DNA of 64,000 bases, from contig CBEVQO010000002.1 of NCBI GenBank assembly GCA_965552055.1, forward strand, positions 256,001 through 320,000. The letters are read 5' to 3'. The position numbers and the translations under genes were made by a program. Numbering within the stretch: the stretch's first letter is position 1; the number at the start of each line of letters is the position of its first letter. Positions 60,728 to 64,000 of the stretch are shown here, piece by piece. This DNA comes from an uncultured bacterium (GTDB taxonomy: Bacteria; Hydrothermota; UBA3073; NMUJ01; CBEVQO01). Under the pieces are notes generated by a model that did no database searches, was not told the DNA's origin, and saw only the letters and a list, made by a program, of their open reading frames with translations.

Positions 60728-60808
60728 CTTAAAGAATAATCATTATCCAGGTATGTCAATAGAAATTTTTGAGCTTGACAACTTGACAATTTGTGTATAA
60801 TAGAATGT

Positions 60809-60884
60809 GGGCGGTTAGCTCAGGGGTTAGAGCGCCTATTTGACATGTAGGAGGTCGCAGGTTCGAGTCCTGCACCGCCCACCA
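60809..60884 (+). tRNA. tRNA-Val(GAC)
   Basis: GGGCGGT/ACCGCCC acceptor stem; anticodon arm CCTAT-TTGACAT-GTAGG; GTTCGAG T-loop; CCA; promoter TTGACA-N15-TATAAT at 60775-60801. Confidence 0.96.
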
Positions 60885-60897
60885 AAAGGAGTGTGAT

Positions 60898-61278
60898 GTG
60901 GAAAACTATCTTAATTTACATCTTCAATATTTAAAAGAAGGGAGAAATCTTTTAAAAGATAAAAATTATAATCAGGCAGGTGAAAAATACTGGGGGGCTG
61001 TTGCAACTCTTATAAAGGCTGTTGCAGATAAAAAGGGTAAAAAATTAATGTCCCACGGAGAAATATGGAAATTTATAAAGGAAATAGCAGATGAAATGAA
61101 GGAGGAAGGCATTATAAACCTCTTTGGCAGTGCCAACAATCTTCATCAAAATTATTATGAAGGATGGTTGCCTCCTGAAGTCGTAAAAAAATATGCTGAA
61201 GATTGTGAAAAATTAATCGATAAGCTGAAAAAATTTTACAAACTGGATGAAAATGGAGAAAATCAAAATAAAAATTAA
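60898..61278 (+). CDS. PaREP1-family (HEPN-like) protein
   Basis: QAGEKYWGA...KAVA...SH...ANNLHQNYYE. Confidence 0.82.
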   Translation: MENYLNLHLQYLKEGRNLLKDKNYNQAGEKYWGAVATLIKAVADKKGKKLMSHGEIWKFIKEIADEMKEEGIINLFGSANNLHQNYYEGWLPPEVVKKYAEDCEKLIDKLKKFYKLDENGENQNKN

Positions 61279-63154
61279 AGGTAAGGAAATAGAAATCGAA
61301 AAAGGCAAAAGATTTATTGATATCTGTGATGACAAAAATGTGATAGCGGTTGAATTTAACGGCAAAATTTATGATTTACAAAGGGAGATAGAAGAAGAAG
61401 GAGAGATAAGGTGGCTTACTTTTGATGATGAAGAAAGCAAAAAAGTTTACTGGCATTCAACTGCTCATATAATGGCTCAGGCAGTAAAAGAACTTTTCCC
61501 TGATGCAAAGTTAGGCGTGGGACCACCCATTGAAAATGGATTTTATTATGACTTTGAAATAAAACCTTTAACACCCGAAGATTTGCAAAAAATTGAAGAA
61601 AAAATGAAAGAAATCATCAAAAAAGATTTAAAATTTGAAAGAATAAAAATAAGCCGAGAAGAAGCAAAAAAACTTTTTGAAAAGTTAGGTGAGAAATTCA
61701 AATTAGAACTATTAGAAGAAATCGAAGAACCCATTACGATTTACAAACAGGGAGATTTCGTCGATTTATGTACAGGTCCACATGTGCCTTCCACTTCTTA
61801 CATTAAGGCATTTAAATTACTAACAGTTTCAGCTGCTTACTGGAGAGGAGACGAAAAAAGAGAGAGTTTACAGAGAATTTACGGAATATCATTTGATTCT
61901 GAAGAAAAATTAAATGAATGGCTAAAGTATTATGAAGAAGCAAAGAAATATGACCACAGAAGGGTAGGTAAAGAACAGGATTTATTCTCAATTCAGGAAG
62001 AGTGCGGTCCAGGGCTTGTCTTATGGCATCCAAAAGGTGGAATCATAAGAAAAATAATCGAAGATTTCTGGAAAGAAGAGCATTTAAAAAGGGGCTATCA
62101 AATAGTTTACACACCACATGTTGCAAAAGCAGAATTATGGAAGATTTCGGGTCATCTGGATTATTACAAAGAATTTATGTGTCTGTGTAAATTTGGTGAT
62201 GAAGAATATGTTTTAAAACCAATGAATTGTCCTTTTCATATTTTGATTTATAAAAGTCAGGTGAGGAGTTATAGGGATTTGCCTATTCGCTATGCTGAAC
62301 TTGGCACAGTTTACAGATATGAAAGGTCAGGGGTGTTGCATGGCTTATTGCGTGTGAGAGGCTTTACTCAGGACGATGCCCATATCTTCTGTCGCCCGGA
62401 CCAGGTTGAAGATGAAATTTTAAATCTTTTAGACCTTGTCGAATATATGACAGGAGTTTTTGGATTAAAAGAATTTAAAGTGGAATTATCTGTGAGAGAC
62501 CCCCATCACAAAGAAAAGTATGCAGGAAATGATGAAGAATGGGAATTAGCAGAAGATTCTCTTTCAAAAGCGCTTGATAAAAAAGGCTGGAAATATAAGA
62601 GAGCAGAAGGAGAGGCTGTTTTTTACGGACCTAAAATTGATGTCAAGTTTAAAGATGCAATCGGAAGAGTATGGCAGGGACCCACTATTCAGTTTGATTT
62701 TAATCTTCCAAAAAGATTCAATGTGACTTTTATCGATAAAGATGGTAAAGAGAAAAATGTAGTGATGATTCACAGAGCAATACTTGGTTCGCTTGAAAGA
62801 TTTTTGGGTACCCTTCTTGAATATCACAGGGGGGCACTTCCTGTATGGCTTTCACCCATCCAGGTATGGATTTGCTCCGTTGTAACAGATGTAAATGATT
62901 ATTGTGAAAAAATAAAGGCAAAGCTTGAAAAAGAAGGAATTAGATGTTATTTTGACGATAGCGCAGATAGAATCACTGCGAAAATAAAAAGGGCAAGTTT
63001 ACAAAGACCACCTTATATACTTATTGTGGGCAAAAAGGAAGTTGAAGAAAATACGGTATCTGTGCGAAAACGAGGAAAAGGAGAAATTGGAAAATTTTTA
63101 CTTGACGAATTCATTAATTTAATAAAAAAAGAGATAAGTGAGAGGGTGGTGTGA
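61247..63154 (+). CDS. thrS: Threonine--tRNA ligase
   Basis: HSTAH, DLCTGPH, KPMNCP, RVRGFTQDDAH, HRAILGS; start may be 61253. Confidence 0.98.
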   Translation: MKMEKIKIKIKGKEIEIEKGKRFIDICDDKNVIAVEFNGKIYDLQREIEEEGEIRWLTFDDEESKKVYWHSTAHIMAQAVKELFPDAKLGVGPPIENGFYYDFEIKPLTPEDLQKIEEKMKEIIKKDLKFERIKISREEAKKLFEKLGEKFKLELLEEIEEPITIYKQGDFVDLCTGPHVPSTSYIKAFKLLTVSAAYWRGDEKRESLQRIYGISFDSEEKLNEWLKYYEEAKKYDHRRVGKEQDLFSIQEECGPGLVLWHPKGGIIRKIIEDFWKEEHLKRGYQIVYTPHVAKAELWKISGHLDYYKEFMCLCKFGDEEYVLKPMNCPFHILIYKSQVRSYRDLPIRYAELGTVYRYERSGVLHGLLRVRGFTQDDAHIFCRPDQVEDEILNLLDLVEYMTGVFGLKEFKVELSVRDPHHKEKYAGNDEEWELAEDSLSKALDKKGWKYKRAEGEAVFYGPKIDVKFKDAIGRVWQGPTIQFDFNLPKRFNVTFIDKDGKEKNVVMIHRAILGSLERFLGTLLEYHRGALPVWLSPIQVWICSVVTDVNDYCEKIKAKLEKEGIRCYFDDSADRITAKIKRASLQRPPYILIVGKKEVEENTVSVRKRGKGEIGKFLLDEFINLIKKEISERVV

Positions 63155-63648
63155 AGGATTTAAGGGTTAATGAAAGAATAAGAGCCAGAGAAGTAAAAGT
63201 GGTGGATGAAAACGGCAAATTACTTGGAATATTCGATATAAGAGATGCTCTGAGAATGGCTCGTGAAAGAGGACTTGACCTTGTGGAGGTTGCACCAAAT
63301 CAAAATCCACCTGTATGCAAAATAATGGATTACGGAAAATACAAATATATGAAAGAAAAGAAAGATGAAAGAAGAAAACATCAACAAGAAATGAAAGAAA
63401 TAAGAATGAGTCTGGGAATATCTGAACATGATTATGAGATAAAACTCAGACAAATAAAAGAATTTTTGGAAGATGGAGACAAAGTTAGAATTAATCTGCG
63501 CTTCAAAGGGAGACAGATACTATTCAAGGATAAAGGGATTGACCTTCTCAAGAGGATAATATCCGACCTCGAAGATACGGCGAAAGTGATTACAGAGCCG
63601 AAGATTGAAGGAAGGGTGGGTGTTTTAGTTTTAGCTCCAAAGAGATGA
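63151..63648 (+). CDS. infC: Translation initiation factor IF-3
   Basis: NERIRAREV...LDLVEVAPNQNPPVCKIMDYGKY. Confidence 0.97.
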   Translation: MKDLRVNERIRAREVKVVDENGKLLGIFDIRDALRMARERGLDLVEVAPNQNPPVCKIMDYGKYKYMKEKKDERRKHQQEMKEIRMSLGISEHDYEIKLRQIKEFLEDGDKVRINLRFKGRQILFKDKGIDLLKRIISDLEDTAKVITEPKIEGRVGVLVLAPKR

Positions 63649-63854
63649 GCAAGCAAAAATTAAAAACAAAAAAATCAATAGCAAAAAGGGTAAAGGAGAC
63701 GGCGACCGGCAAATTAAAGCGCCATCAGGCTGGAAAAAGCCACTATGCTACGAAAAAGGAAAGAAAGAGAAAGAGACATTTGAGAAAACCTTCACTCGTA
63801 TCTCCAGAGGACCAAGGTAGAATTAAAAAAGCATTACCTTATGGACTGCCATGA
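63645..63854 (+). CDS. rpmI: 50S ribosomal protein L35
   Basis: KLKTKKSIAKR..TATGK..KRKRHLRK; synteny. Confidence 0.95.
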   Translation: MSKQKLKTKKSIAKRVKETATGKLKRHQAGKSHYATKKERKRKRHLRKPSLVSPEDQGRIKKALPYGLP

Positions 63855-64000
63855 CGAGAGCAACTAATGCACCTGCATCGAGGCGTAGACGGAAAAAATG
63901 GTTAAAAATGGCAAAGGGATACTACGGAAAGAGAAGCAGTTGCTACAGGATAGCGAAAACAGCGGTAATGAAGGCTCTGAAACACGCTTACAGACACAGA
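63851..64000 (+). CDS. rplT: 50S ribosomal protein L20 (partial, runs off window)
   Basis: MTRATNAPASRRRRKKWLKMAKGYYGKRS; synteny. Confidence 0.95.
   Translation, partial: MTRATNAPASRRRRKKWLKMAKGYYGKRSSCYRIAKTAVMKALKHAYRHR

Noticed and set aside
60809..61278. Prophage or genomic island at tRNA-Val
   Set aside because: No integrase and no duplicated tRNA 3' end seen in the window

Overview
AT-rich bacterial chromosome segment. Secreted proteins with T9SS/FlgD-like C-terminal tails, Lys/Glu-rich proteins and several archaeal-type families suggest a thermophilic FCB-related lineage such as candidate division WOR-3; this taxonomy is inference. Housekeeping content: por operon, galT, fabZ, recN, acpP-fabF, thrS-infC-rpmI-rplT and two tRNA-Val genes. 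Accessory content: an MjaI-type restriction-modification pair and orphan HicB/HEPN-like genes. Main highlights: (1) a ~22 kb minus-strand operon encoding a 6191-aa secreted protein of seven alternating A/B super-modules plus a beta-propeller, two unannotated paralogous 42-44 aa RiPP-precursor-like peptides (W/FxxPx leader motif, CxKCx10C, C-terminal Ser), a secreted beta-propeller protein, an NTP_transf_5 nucleotidyltransferase and a flavin reductase; (2) about 12 promoters with TTGACA/TAnnnT boxes separated by exactly 15 bp rather than ~17, many apparently leaderless; (3) ultra-short N-terminal signal-like peptides and strong D-(S/T) enrichment in exported proteins; (4) a small intergenic repeat family with conserved ends.
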